Notes: generated by a model not told the origin, from the letters alone. A stretch of DNA of 64,000 nucleotides from an uncultured Acidobacteriota bacterium (GCA_963836075.1 CAWIIB010000009.1:1568001-1632000); one strand, 5' to 3'; numbered from the stretch's first letter, positions 51,166-60,927 are shown. A program made the numbers and translations.

Positions 51166-52023
51166 ATGTGGCTTGGGACCCAGGCATTTATCTGGCGACG
51201 GCGGATCACCGGCTTTCTGCGCAGAAAGGTCACCAGACTGTGGCATCCGGTGCTGATTCAGAGCGCTGAAGGCCCGGTCCCGGCCGGCGGATCAAAGATC
51301 ATCTGGTCCACCCTGGTGGTGGCCGGCCGGACTGACGAGCTGGAGATCGTCCGCGGCAACCTGGAGCGGCTCCGTCCGGTGCTCGCCTGGGCCAGTCTCA
51401 CCGTGGACGGCTGTTCCGCCGACCTGGCCCGGTTCGTGGAGGAAAAGCACAGCGCGGGTTTCCAGAACGTGCTGTGGTACAGCTGGCCCGAAGTGGTGAG
51501 CCACCGCGGCCACGGGGAGGGTTTGGGCCACTTCAACCGGATCAGCCTCAACTACCTGCGGGGCTGGTTGAGCAACCTCGAGCCGGGGGCCGAGTGTTCG
51601 GCCGATCTCTTTTGCCACAGCGACGGCGACTGGGAGGTCACCATCCGCCCGGAGAGCCTTGAGCCGCTGGCCCGCTTCTTTCACCGCTACCCCCAGGTGG
51701 TGGCGATCACCCGCAATATCGACCGTTTCCTGGCCGACGAGCCCGGGATGTGGTGCGACGAGGAGTCGGACGGGAAAATCTGGTTCGGCCGCGGAATGCT
51801 TTCCACCAACCTGATCATTTCGCCCATCGACCGGTTCCGGCCGCTGGTGCACAAGACCTGGGACGTCTTTTCCCGGACGAGGGGCGATTTCCTCGAAGAG
51901 ACCATGCGCGGGCTGGTGGCGGAGAGCGGCATGGTGGTGGCCTATCCGACGATGGACTATTTCCGGGACCACTTTTTTATCGACCTGGTGGAAAAACGGA
52001 AACCCTTTGAGCCACCCACCTGA
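51166..52023 (+). CDS. Hypothetical protein, possibly a divergent GT-A fold
   Basis: GC3-biased ORF inside the glycan operon, with a DxD-like HSDGDW. Confidence 0.6.
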   Translation: MWLGTQAFIWRRRITGFLRRKVTRLWHPVLIQSAEGPVPAGGSKIIWSTLVVAGRTDELEIVRGNLERLRPVLAWASLTVDGCSADLARFVEEKHSAGFQNVLWYSWPEVVSHRGHGEGLGHFNRISLNYLRGWLSNLEPGAECSADLFCHSDGDWEVTIRPESLEPLARFFHRYPQVVAITRNIDRFLADEPGMWCDEESDGKIWFGRGMLSTNLIISPIDRFRPLVHKTWDVFSRTRGDFLEETMRGLVAESGMVVAYPTMDYFRDHFFIDLVEKRKPFEPPT

Positions 52024-52056
52024 GCCGGACCAGTTTTCGGCCGCTTCCAGGTGAGC

Positions 52057-53514
52057 ATGAGCGCCTCTCCATCCCAGCCAACAGCGAAAAGCGACCCGAT
52101 GCAGGGGCTGTGGTCCCGTCTGGCGGGAAATGCCTGGTGGCTGTTCACCGGGGCGGCGGGCCGGTCCGTGCTCGGGTTTGCCGTTGCGGTCTACCTGGCA
52201 CGGGTCCTCGGCCCCGACAGCTTCGGCCAGGTGGGCTATGCCCTGGCGGTTCTGGCCTACTTCATCCTGCTCACCGACGGCGGACTGCAGACCCTGGGAA
52301 CCCGGGAAGTGGCCGCGGAGCGGGGATCTGTGGCCGAACTGGCCGGGCGGGTACTGATCATTCGCGGCGCCCTCACCGCGCTGTCCCTGCTGGTGATCGT
52401 CTCCTGTGCGTCTCTGTTCACCCGCTCGGCGGCAACCGACCCCCTCCTGTTGATCATCTTCGGTCTCGCCCTGGTGCCCATGGCGGCCAACCTTGCCTGG
52501 GTCTTCCGGGGCAAGGAGCGGATGAAGATGGTGGGATTCTCAGAGCTGCTGCAGGTCGGCTCCTATCTGCTGCTGTTGCTGCTGCTGGTGCGTGGGCCGG
52601 AGCAACTGATCCTCGTCCCGGTGGTTTTTGTCGCCGGGTATGGCCTGTCCGCCCTGCTGCTCTGGGTCGGCCACCTGCGGAACTGGGGCCGGCCGCGGTT
52701 TGCCGGTTCAGTCACCGGGCACGTTTCCATGCTCCGCACTGCATTCCCCCTGGTGCTGACCCTCTTCCTGCACCAGATCTACTTCAATTTCGACACCCTG
52801 ATGCTCGGCAACATGCGCAGTGTGAAGGAAGTGGGGTTGTACAACGCCACCTACCGCATCATCTTCGCCGTTATTTCGGTGAACACGGTGCTGATGGAAG
52901 CGATATACCCCACCTTTTCCAGGCTTTTTCGCGAAAGCACGACGGCCCTCAAGCAGCTGCTGGAGAAGTCGCTCTCCATTTCTTTCATCCTCGCCCTCCC
53001 CATAGGGATCGGCGGGACGGTGCTGGCCCGGCCGCTGATCCTTGCCCTTTACGGCCCGGACTACGAGGGGAGCATTCTGGCCCTGCAGTTGCTGGTCTGG
53101 AGCGCGGTGCTGGCCTTTCTCGGCGCCAACTACGGGTACTGCCTGGTGGCCTGTGGCCGGCAAAAGGTTCTGGCCTGGTCGGCCGGCATCGGGGCCACGG
53201 TCAACGTGCTGCTCAACCTCTGGCTGATCCCCCGCCACGGCATCCCCGGCGCCTGTCTGGCCACGGTGATCTCCCAGGCGCTGATGCTCTGTTGCGAGAG
53301 TTCGGCCTTTTTCTGGAAGGTGACCCGGGCCCTGCCCCTGCCCGGTTTGGTGGTCAAGGCGGTGTTGTCCGGCCTGGCCATGGGCCTGGTGCTCCTCCTG
53401 CTCAGGGAACGGTCGCCGGTCTGGCTGGTCGTGGCGGCCGGGGCTGCTGTATATGCGGGCTTCTTCTGGATGCTGGCCCGGCGGGAGATCCGGGACCTCT
53501 TCGACCTCGGTTGA
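52057..53514 (+). CDS. wzx: Oligosaccharide flippase (Wzx/MOP superfamily)
   Basis: LARVLGPDSFG, DTLMLG...VGLYNA, LNLWLIPRHGIPGA, about 14 TM helices. Confidence 0.9.
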   Translation: MSASPSQPTAKSDPMQGLWSRLAGNAWWLFTGAAGRSVLGFAVAVYLARVLGPDSFGQVGYALAVLAYFILLTDGGLQTLGTREVAAERGSVAELAGRVLIIRGALTALSLLVIVSCASLFTRSAATDPLLLIIFGLALVPMAANLAWVFRGKERMKMVGFSELLQVGSYLLLLLLLVRGPEQLILVPVVFVAGYGLSALLLWVGHLRNWGRPRFAGSVTGHVSMLRTAFPLVLTLFLHQIYFNFDTLMLGNMRSVKEVGLYNATYRIIFAVISVNTVLMEAIYPTFSRLFRESTTALKQLLEKSLSISFILALPIGIGGTVLARPLILALYGPDYEGSILALQLLVWSAVLAFLGANYGYCLVACGRQKVLAWSAGIGATVNVLLNLWLIPRHGIPGACLATVISQALMLCCESSAFFWKVTRALPLPGLVVKAVLSGLAMGLVLLLLRERSPVWLVVAAGAAVYAGFFWMLARREIRDLFDLG

Positions 53515-53615
53515 CCGGCCTTACTATTCAGCCCGGCTTGAACTACAATACCCGGCGCCGGCGGGTAAGTGGCGTCTCTGCGCGGCCCGGGCCGGTGTCG
53601 GAGGGTGATCGGGTG

Positions 53616-54416
53616 ATGGACGGCGGGACGAGAGATCTGGACCTCAGCGTGGTGGTTCCCTGCTACAACGAGGAAGGCAACCTGCGCGAGCTGGTGGGCC
53701 GGACTGTGCGGGCCGCCACGGACGAGGGGGTCGGCGCCTTCGAGATCCTGCTGGTGGATGACGGCAGCACCGATGGCACCGGGCCGCTGATCGGCGAACT
53801 GGCCGCCGAGTTTCCGCAGGTGGTGCCGGTGGGCCACCAGGAGAACCGCGGCATCGTGGCCGGCTGGCGCAGCGGCTTCGAGCGGTCAAAGGGCCGTGTG
53901 GTGCTCACCACCGACGCTGACCTGCAGTATGCCCCGGAAGACATTCCCCTGCTTTTCCGCGAGTGCGACAGCGGCCCCTGGGACCTGGTGCAGGGCTGGC
54001 GCAAGAACTACCGCGAGAAAAGCCTGCTGCGCAAGCTTCTCAGCACCGGTTTCAGCGGGATTCTCCGCTTGCTCTTCTTCCTGCCGCTCCACGACGTGAA
54101 GTCGGGTTTCATTGCCTACCGCCGGGACGTGCTGGAGGATATCCTCGATTACCGGTTCCACTACTTCTCCTTCCAGAGCCTGCCCACCGTGGCCGGTTAC
54201 TTCAAGGGCTACCGGATCAAGCAGGTGCCGATCACCTTTCACCAGCGGTTCGCCGGGGCGTCTTCCATCGAGAGGCCGATCATCTTCTCCATCCGCACCG
54301 CCCTCGACCTGCCCAAGGCCCTGGTGGAATACCGTTTTCTCAAGCCGCGGCGGAAGACCCGGCCCCGGTCCGATTCCGGGAAATCGGCCGGCGGCATTCT
54401 CCGGGCCGTGCACTGA
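53616..54416 (+). CDS. Polyprenol-phosphate glycosyltransferase (DPM1/ArnC-like GT2)
   Basis: VVPCYNEE, VDDGSTDGT, DADLQY, DVKSGF, RFAGAS. Confidence 0.88.
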   Translation: MDGGTRDLDLSVVVPCYNEEGNLRELVGRTVRAATDEGVGAFEILLVDDGSTDGTGPLIGELAAEFPQVVPVGHQENRGIVAGWRSGFERSKGRVVLTTDADLQYAPEDIPLLFRECDSGPWDLVQGWRKNYREKSLLRKLLSTGFSGILRLLFFLPLHDVKSGFIAYRRDVLEDILDYRFHYFSFQSLPTVAGYFKGYRIKQVPITFHQRFAGASSIERPIIFSIRTALDLPKALVEYRFLKPRRKTRPRSDSGKSAGGILRAVH

Positions 54417-54489
54417 ATGACAACTGATCCGCCGTCTCACCGGGCTGACGACACCGAGAGGGATGAGGAACAGGAGGGGGATCGATTTG

Positions 54490-56592
54490 ATGACAGCAGA
54501 CCAGAGCCAGAGCGCGGCGGGGCCGTGGGCGTTGAGGGTCCGGCGAATCAGCACCGTGCTCCTGATTCTCGCCGGGTTGTACTTCCTCCGGTCCCTGCTG
54601 GCCGGCACCGGTGTCCTTGTCATCGGCGGCTACGAGCTGGGTCCGGAAAGCACCGCTGACACGCTCTGGATCTTTCTCTTCCTGCTGGTCGTCCGGCTGT
54701 CCATCGGCCACCGTGAGCTGGCCGGCTTCTTCCGCCGGCTGGGGCTCCGCCGGGTGATCATCGTCCTGAATATACTCTTCGGCCTGGGGCTGGCCAACTA
54801 CGTGGCGGTGGCGCTGTTTCACGGCCACACCTTTTCGGTCTTCGGGGTGGACCTGGGGGTGCAGAAGATCTCCACCGCCTTCTGGATCGTCCTCGCTCTC
54901 GCTCTTTTGCGGCTGGTCGTTGGATACCGGCAACTGGGCCGGCTGGTCCGCTCGCCGGTTTTCTGGCTGCTGGTCCTGATCCTGCTGGTGGCCGCGGTGG
55001 CCCGGATCCACGAGATCGATTTCGGCCTGCCGCTCAACGACCACCCCGACGAATCGGTGATCATCGCCAAGCCGCTGCGAATGATGGCCACCGACCTGCA
55101 CCCCCACTACTTCGTCTACCCCTCGGTCTACTTCTATTCGCTGATCGTGACCTTCGAGACCGCCTTCCAGTGGCCGGCGGCGGTGGACTGGTTCCTGCCG
55201 GCTGACGTGGACGACGCCGCGGAGAAGACCCGTCTCTACATTCTGGGCCGGCTGACCACCGCTTTCTACGGCATCTTCACCGTGCTGCTGCTCTACCCGG
55301 TGGGCCGCCGGCTCTACGGCAGGGCCCGCACCGGACTGCTGGCCGCGCTGTTCCTGGCCCTCAACGTCCAGCACATTCACAACTCGATGTATATCACCAC
55401 CGACGTACCGGTGGCCTTCTACACCCTGCTCTGTTTCTACTTCGCGGTGAAAGCCTTTGACCGCGGGCGCTTCTCTTACTGGGACCTGCTTGCCGGCCTG
55501 GCTGCCGGGCTCACCGCCTCCACCAAGTACAACGGGGCCTCGATCCTCGTTGCCCCGGCGCTGGTGGTCTTCTTTTTCTTTGTCAACGAACTGCGGGTTC
55601 CGGCGGCTGAACGGAAGATCTGGCCGGCCCTCTGGCGGCTCAGCTGGCGCTGGATCCTGCTCTGGGTGGTCTTCTTTGTCGGGTTCGCCGTGGGTACGCC
55701 CTTTGCCGTGATCGACTGGCAGGGCTTCTCCACCGACTTCGTCTGGAACCTCGACCACTACTCCGAGGGGCACGCCGGCGCCATGGGCAGCGGCAACTGG
55801 TGGTTCTACATCTCCTATCTCGCCCGCCAGGGCATGGGCTTCGGCCAGTTCGGCCTGGCCCTGCTGGGGATCGGGGCGCTGCTCTGGGGCCGCCGCCAGA
55901 AGGACGTGCTCTACCTCGTCTTTCTCGTGCTCTACTTCTACGAGATCTCGGCTTTCACCGTCCGCTTCACCCGCAACCTGCTGCCCATCGTCCCGTTGCT
56001 GGCGCTGTACGCCGCGGTGGGCCTGGAACTGATCATTGGCTGGGTCGGCGGGCGGGAAGAGGTGCGGTCCGGCCGCCGCCGGCTGGCCGCGGCCGTGGGA
56101 CTGCTGCTGCTGGCCGCGGTGATGTACTACCCGGTGCATGACCGGGTGTGGGAGGAGATCAAGGGGCGCCGGCCGTACTCCGGCCAGCTGATCGCCCAGT
56201 GGGTTCCGGCCAATATCCCCGACGGCGCCACGGTGGCCGCCGAACTCTACACGCCGAGGATCGAGTGGGGGGACCGGCTGCTGGTCTACCAGCGGTTCCT
56301 GCACCGCAAGCCGATCGAGTGGTATCTGGACCACGGGGTCAAATACTTCATCTTCAACAGCTACTCCTACCAGCGGTTCTACGACTATCCCAAGGAGTAT
56401 GGTGACGAGATCGCCGGCTACGAGGCCCTGTTCAACAACCCGGAGATGGTCCCGCTGGTGACGATCAACGAGAAGGACGACCACCGCGGACCGATCTACA
56501 GGGTCTACCGCTACGGCGATGAATGGGTGCCCCCCGCGGAACCGGAGGTCGAACTGGAGACAACGGCGTCTGCCGGGGGGGCCGGCATCTGA
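54490..56592 (+). CDS. GT-C (ArnT/GT39-like) membrane glycosyltransferase
   Basis: HPDE motif, GRLTTA, STKYNG, RNLLP, many TM helices. Directly follows the polyprenol-P GT2. Confidence 0.85.
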   Translation: MTADQSQSAAGPWALRVRRISTVLLILAGLYFLRSLLAGTGVLVIGGYELGPESTADTLWIFLFLLVVRLSIGHRELAGFFRRLGLRRVIIVLNILFGLGLANYVAVALFHGHTFSVFGVDLGVQKISTAFWIVLALALLRLVVGYRQLGRLVRSPVFWLLVLILLVAAVARIHEIDFGLPLNDHPDESVIIAKPLRMMATDLHPHYFVYPSVYFYSLIVTFETAFQWPAAVDWFLPADVDDAAEKTRLYILGRLTTAFYGIFTVLLLYPVGRRLYGRARTGLLAALFLALNVQHIHNSMYITTDVPVAFYTLLCFYFAVKAFDRGRFSYWDLLAGLAAGLTASTKYNGASILVAPALVVFFFFVNELRVPAAERKIWPALWRLSWRWILLWVVFFVGFAVGTPFAVIDWQGFSTDFVWNLDHYSEGHAGAMGSGNWWFYISYLARQGMGFGQFGLALLGIGALLWGRRQKDVLYLVFLVLYFYEISAFTVRFTRNLLPIVPLLALYAAVGLELIIGWVGGREEVRSGRRRLAAAVGLLLLAAVMYYPVHDRVWEEIKGRRPYSGQLIAQWVPANIPDGATVAAELYTPRIEWGDRLLVYQRFLHRKPIEWYLDHGVKYFIFNSYSYQRFYDYPKEYGDEIAGYEALFNNPEMVPLVTINEKDDHRGPIYRVYRYGDEWVPPAEPEVELETTASAGGAGI

Positions 56593-56685
56593 CCCTTTCC
56601 ACAGAAAACCTGCGGCCTCCGCCCAATCGATGATATTCCCTGGTTCGGCATCTTCTCGGTACGGTCCGGGTAGATGGGTAACAGT

Positions 56686-57192
56686 TTATCTGGACCTATG
56701 TGCTTCCAGCTCTATTTCGATCATAAACTCGGGAAGAGCGAGCCCTTTGACCTCAAGCCACGATCCGGTCGGAAACTGTTTCGTGTAGATCGAATTTCGA
56801 TACCCCGCAACCTCGAGAAAATTCGCCATATCGGTCGTAAAAACATTCTCAACGATCACATCATCAAAGGTAAAGCCAAAGTGTTTCAGGACCTTGTCCA
56901 GATCCGAGTAAGCGTTCTTCATCTGCTGTTCCAGATCGCCGGTGGCTGTGGGGTTGCCCTCATCATCCATACTCACGGCGCCCGAGATATTCAGGTCATC
57001 GCCAATCCTCACTGCATGCGTGTACCCGTAAGCCTTTTCGACCTCCGGTCGCAATAGAAAATACTCTGGCACTTCCGCCACGTTTGGCACTTCTTGCGCA
57101 ACAATATCCGTCTCACCTGGCCCAGATGGGGCACAACCGGCCAGGAATGCCACAAATAGTGTTGCAAGGGCTAGCAGAGAATTCGTTTTCAT
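56686..57192 (-). CDS. Rid (YjgF/YER057c/UK114) family lipoprotein
   Basis: Lipobox LAGC, YTHAV...ISG, IEIE C-terminus. PTGS replaces the PAR(S) motif. Confidence 0.85.
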   Translation of the reverse strand: MKTNSLLALATLFVAFLAGCAPSGPGETDIVAQEVPNVAEVPEYFLLRPEVEKAYGYTHAVRIGDDLNISGAVSMDDEGNPTATGDLEQQMKNAYSDLDKVLKHFGFTFDDVIVENVFTTDMANFLEVAGYRNSIYTKQFPTGSWLEVKGLALPEFMIEIELEAHRSR

Positions 57193-57338
57193 GGTTGATC
57201 TCCTCGAAAGTTTCCAGCTGTCGCCAAACGTCACCCATCACCGTCGGGCAGCTGGCACGGCCGTTGCCAACAGGAAAACGGCCGGCAGTTCAGCAAGGGC
57301 CGTGACACCTGGCTGACCGGTGAATGGGATGGTTAGAT

Positions 57339-57373
57339 TGCTTTACGGAGTCTCCATGCTTTACGGAATCTCC
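57339..57373. repeat. 17-bp direct repeat at 18-bp period
   Basis: TGCTTTACGGAGTCTCC (57339-57355) and TGCTTTACGGAATCTCC (57357-57373). Confidence 0.7.
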
Positions 57374-57526
57374 TTAAATCTTCGCTCCCAAAATATCGAT
57401 GTCCGATGCAAGGGAGATAGCCGTGTCGCCGATCTTGCCCACGATGGCCGCGGTGTTGTCATGGGTCAGCAGGTGTTCCAGCCCGGCATTGCGGGCCAGG
57501 GCCTTTTCCGCGAATGTCATTCCCAT
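57374..57526 (-). pseudogene. Remnant of a second LeuC/homoaconitase-type large subunit
   Basis: Manual translation MGMTFAEKALARNAGLEHLLTHDNTAAIVGKIGD-TAISLASDIDILGAKI* begins like the family N-terminus (MTxAEKxLA...xTHD). It starts 17 nt after the preceding stop. Confidence 0.7.
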
Positions 57527-57543
57527 CTACAGGTATCCGGCTG

Positions 57544-59341
57544 CTACCTGAGCAGGCCACCTTTCTTGTAGATCGCCATCTGCACGTCGGAGAAGGCGCC
57601 CTGCACCTCCTGGCCACCGGGCAGGGTGATGGTCCCGCTCTCCAGGTCCACCTCGATCCGGTCACCGGTCTTCAGGCCTTCGGCGATCAGTTTTGCGGTG
57701 ACGATGGGGAAGCCCTTGTTGATCGCGTTCCGCTCGTAGATCGCGCCGAACGATTCGGCGATGACGCAGGAGACGCCGAGGCTCTCGAAGCAGTCCACCG
57801 CCTGCTGGCGGGAGGAGCCGGCGCCGAAGTTCTTCGGCACCACCACCATGTCGCCGGGCTGCGCCTTTTTGGCGAAGTCTTCGTACCCTTCGAGGTTGTC
57901 GAAGGTGTACTGGCCCATCTCCGCCACGTCGGTGATCGCCAGGTAGCGGTTGTGGTAGATCATGTCGGTGTCGATGTTGTCCCGGTCGATGACCCAGGCC
58001 CGGCCGGTGAACCGCGTAGGGTGCTGCTTGTCCTCGTGATGATGGGCTTCAGCTCGTGGTGCGCTGTATTCGCGGCGGGGCGCCGTCAGCGGTACGTCGG
58101 GTATATGGTCCGGCAGGGCGATGGCCCCGGCCACCGCCGAGGCGGCCACCACTGCCGGCGAGGCGAGGAAGACCTCGCCCCGGCCCTGCTTGCCGGCGAA
58201 GTTGCGGTTGCCGGTGCTGATGGTCACCTCGCCGGGGCCGTTCTGGCCGATCTGGCCGGCGGCGCAGCCGCCGCAGCCGGCGTTGCCCACCAGGGCGCCC
58301 GGCCTCCTTGAAAATCTCCAGCATCCCCTCCTTGAGGCAGAGCTGCCAGACGGCGTCGGTGGCCGGGACGATCTTCAGCACCACGTCCGGGGCCACCTTG
58401 CGGCCCTTGAGGATCTCCGCCGCGGCCTTGAGGTCTTCGTAGCGGCCGTTGGTGCAGGAGCCGATGAAGGCCGAGTCGATCCTCGTGCCGGCCACCGCCC
58501 TGACTTCGGTCACGTCCTCGGGGTGGCCGGGACGGGAGACCAGCGGCTCCAGGCCGTCGATGTCGATCTCGATGACCTTCTCGTACTCGGCGTCGGGGTC
58601 GGCATAGACCGGCTGCACCTCATGGCCGGAGGCTTTGGCGCAGAACTCCAGCACCTCGTCATTGGGCGGGAAGAAGGCGATGATGCCGGCCATCTCGGTG
58701 GCCATGGAGGCCATGGTTACCCGGCCGGCCAGGCCCAGGCGGTCCGCCGCTTCTCCGTAGAACTCGGCGGCGTAGCCCAGCAGGGTGTTGGCCCCCAGCT
58801 CGCGCAGGACGGCCAGCACCATGTCCTTGGGCGTGGCCCAGGGCGAGGGCGTGCCGTTGAGCACCACCTTCACCGAGGGCGGCACCTTGAACCAGACCTT
58901 GCCGTGGGCCCAGGCGTGGGCGATGTCCACGTCCCCCATCCCCTGGCCAAAGGCGCCGATGGCACCCATGATGTTGGCGTGGGAGTCGGTGGAGACAAAG
59001 GTGGAACCGGGAACCGCCAGCCCCTCGTCGATGGCCACGTGGGTGCCGATGCCCTGGTTGATGTCGAATACCTTGACCCCGTGGTCCCGGGCGAACATCC
59101 GGCAGATCTGCTGGTTGGTGGCGTACTTCTGGTCCGAGCCGCCGGGGTTGCAGTCGAAGGTGAAGAAGGTCTTATCCGGGTCGTCGATCCCGAGGCCGTT
59201 CTCCTCGAGGTTCTTCACCACGTTGGCCCCGCCGAAATCGCGGGCCACCCGGGCGTCGATGTAGATGTCGACGATCTCCCCGGGCCGCACCGCACGGTCG
59301 GCATGGTTGGCCAGGATCTTCTCGATGATTGGCTTGCCCAT
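57544..59341 (-). CDS. Fused large+small subunit aconitase-family dehydratase (LeuC-LeuD/HacA-HacB type), frameshift near 58299
   Basis: TDSH, IGSCTNGR, CGGC, STGNRNF, then DNIDTD, NFGAGSSRQ, SFGAIYERN. Removing one G from GCCGGGCGCC joins the ORFs. Confidence 0.9.
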
Positions 59342-59354
59342 TCTCAGTCCTCGA

Positions 59355-60540
59355 TCAAAGCCGTGCGATCATGGCGTCGGTGAGCTGGTCGGTGGTGGCC
59401 GCGCCCTTGTCGAAGACGTCGGGGCCGCCGCGGAGCATCAGCATGTCGTAGGTCAGCGACTTCCCGTCCAGCACCACTTCGCCGATGGCGGTGCGGATCC
59501 GCTCGGCCTTTTCGGTCTCGCCGAGGTGGTCGAGCATCATGCAGGCGCTCATGAACATGGCGATGGGGTTGACGATGGGCGGGTCGAGCTTCTCGTACTT
59601 CGGCGCCGAGCCGTGGGTCGGCTCGAAAACCGCCACGTCCTCGCCGATGTTGGCGCTGCAGGCGAACCCGAGGCCGCCCACCAGGCCGGCAAAGCCGTCG
59701 GAGACGATGTCGCCGAACATGTTGCCGGCCACGATCACGCCGTAGTTCTCGGGGTTCTTGGTCAGCCACATCATCTGGGCGTCGATGTTGGTGTTCCACA
59801 GTTCGATCCCCGGGAAGTCCTTCTGGATCCGCAGACCGATCTCCAGCATCATCCCCGAGGTCTCGCGGATCACGTTGGGCTTCTCGCAGATGGTCACCGA
59901 TTTGTAGCCGAACTTTTTGGCGTAGTTGAAGGCCTCACCCACGATCCGCTCGCAGGCCTGGCGGGTGAAGATCCGGGTGGAAACGGCCAGGTCCTCGCGG
60001 GGGGCGTCGGCGAACTTTTTGAACTTGGGGTGGCTGTTCAGGGCATCCCAGACCTGCTGGGGCGGGTTGGTCCACTCCACACCGCCGTAGAGTCCCTCGG
60101 TGTTCTGGCGGAAGATCACCACGTCCACCTCGGGTTCCTCGACCGTGCCGCCGGGGCCGCGGCGGATGAAGTTCAGCGGGTTGCCCTTGAACGAGCGGCA
60201 GGGCCGGACGCAGATGTCGAGGTTGAACAGCTGGCGCATGCCGACGATGGGGCTGAAGTAGGTGTGGCCCTTGTCGCGCAGCTCGGGGGCCAGTTCCTCG
60301 GCCGCTTCGCCCTTGGGCTTGGAAGTGATGGCGCCGAACAGGCCAACCTTGTGCTCGCGCGAGCAGGTCGATGGTGCGGTCGGGAAGAGGGTTCCCCTCG
60401 GTGCACCAGAATTCCCAGCCGATGTCGGCGTGCACGTAGTCAGCTTCGAAACCGACCTTGTCAAGGACACGAATGGCGGCGGGCAGCACGACCTTGCCGA
60501 TGCCGTCGCCGGGCATGGAGACGATGGTTCTCTTGGACAA
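59355..60540 (-). CDS. Isocitrate/isopropylmalate/homoisocitrate dehydrogenase family, frameshift near 60359
   Basis: TTG start with GGAGG, PGDGIG, RQNTEGLY, KPNV, NMFGDIVSD, FEPTHGSAP. Confidence 0.92.
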
Positions 60541-60751
60541 CGTGAAACCTCCAGGTCTGTCCGGGGCGTTCCGTGAGGAAGTGTCGCCCGGGCAGCCAAA
60601 AATGGATGATCCTAAACATTTAAGTGATGAGGTCCCGCCGGGGCCGCATCACCATTTTTCCCTTCCCGCGTACGTGCCGAGGGGGCCGGCTCCAAACAGC
60701 TGACCGCCCCCCGACAGACCCAGCGAAAACGGCAAGACAATAGCACGAAGA

Positions 60752-60769
60752 GAGGTGAATATCCACCTC
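60752..60769. promoter_or_regulatory. 18-bp near-perfect palindrome upstream of the dehydrogenase operon
   Basis: GAGGTGaATATcCACCTC. Confidence 0.4.
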
Positions 60770-60775
60770 AAAAGT

Positions 60776-60927
60776 GTTGACAGACACCTATTTTTACACC
60801 TGTCGTGCCGGGCAAAATTCCTCGTGAAAATGCGCGACAGTCGCCAGTTTTCCAACGGGTGGCTGTCACCGGATATTTGAGTGGTAAAAAGGGCCTGGTT
60901 ATTGGCCGGAAACAGGTGGCTGTCACC
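60776..60927. repeat. Four GGTGnCTGTCACC-type palindromic motifs in mirror arrangement (REP-like)
   Basis: Minus-oriented copies at 60776-60788 and 60833-60845, plus-oriented copies at 60858-60870 and 60915-60927. Confidence 0.6.

Noticed and set aside
52110-53615. Long N-terminal extension of the GT2 (768-aa ORF)
   Set aside because: It is an alternative frame over wzx. The GT2 starts at ATG 53616 with its own RBS.
57544-58290. Separate leuD gene
   Set aside because: This ORF begins with the large subunit's CxxC and NRNF motifs, so it is the frameshifted continuation of a fused gene.
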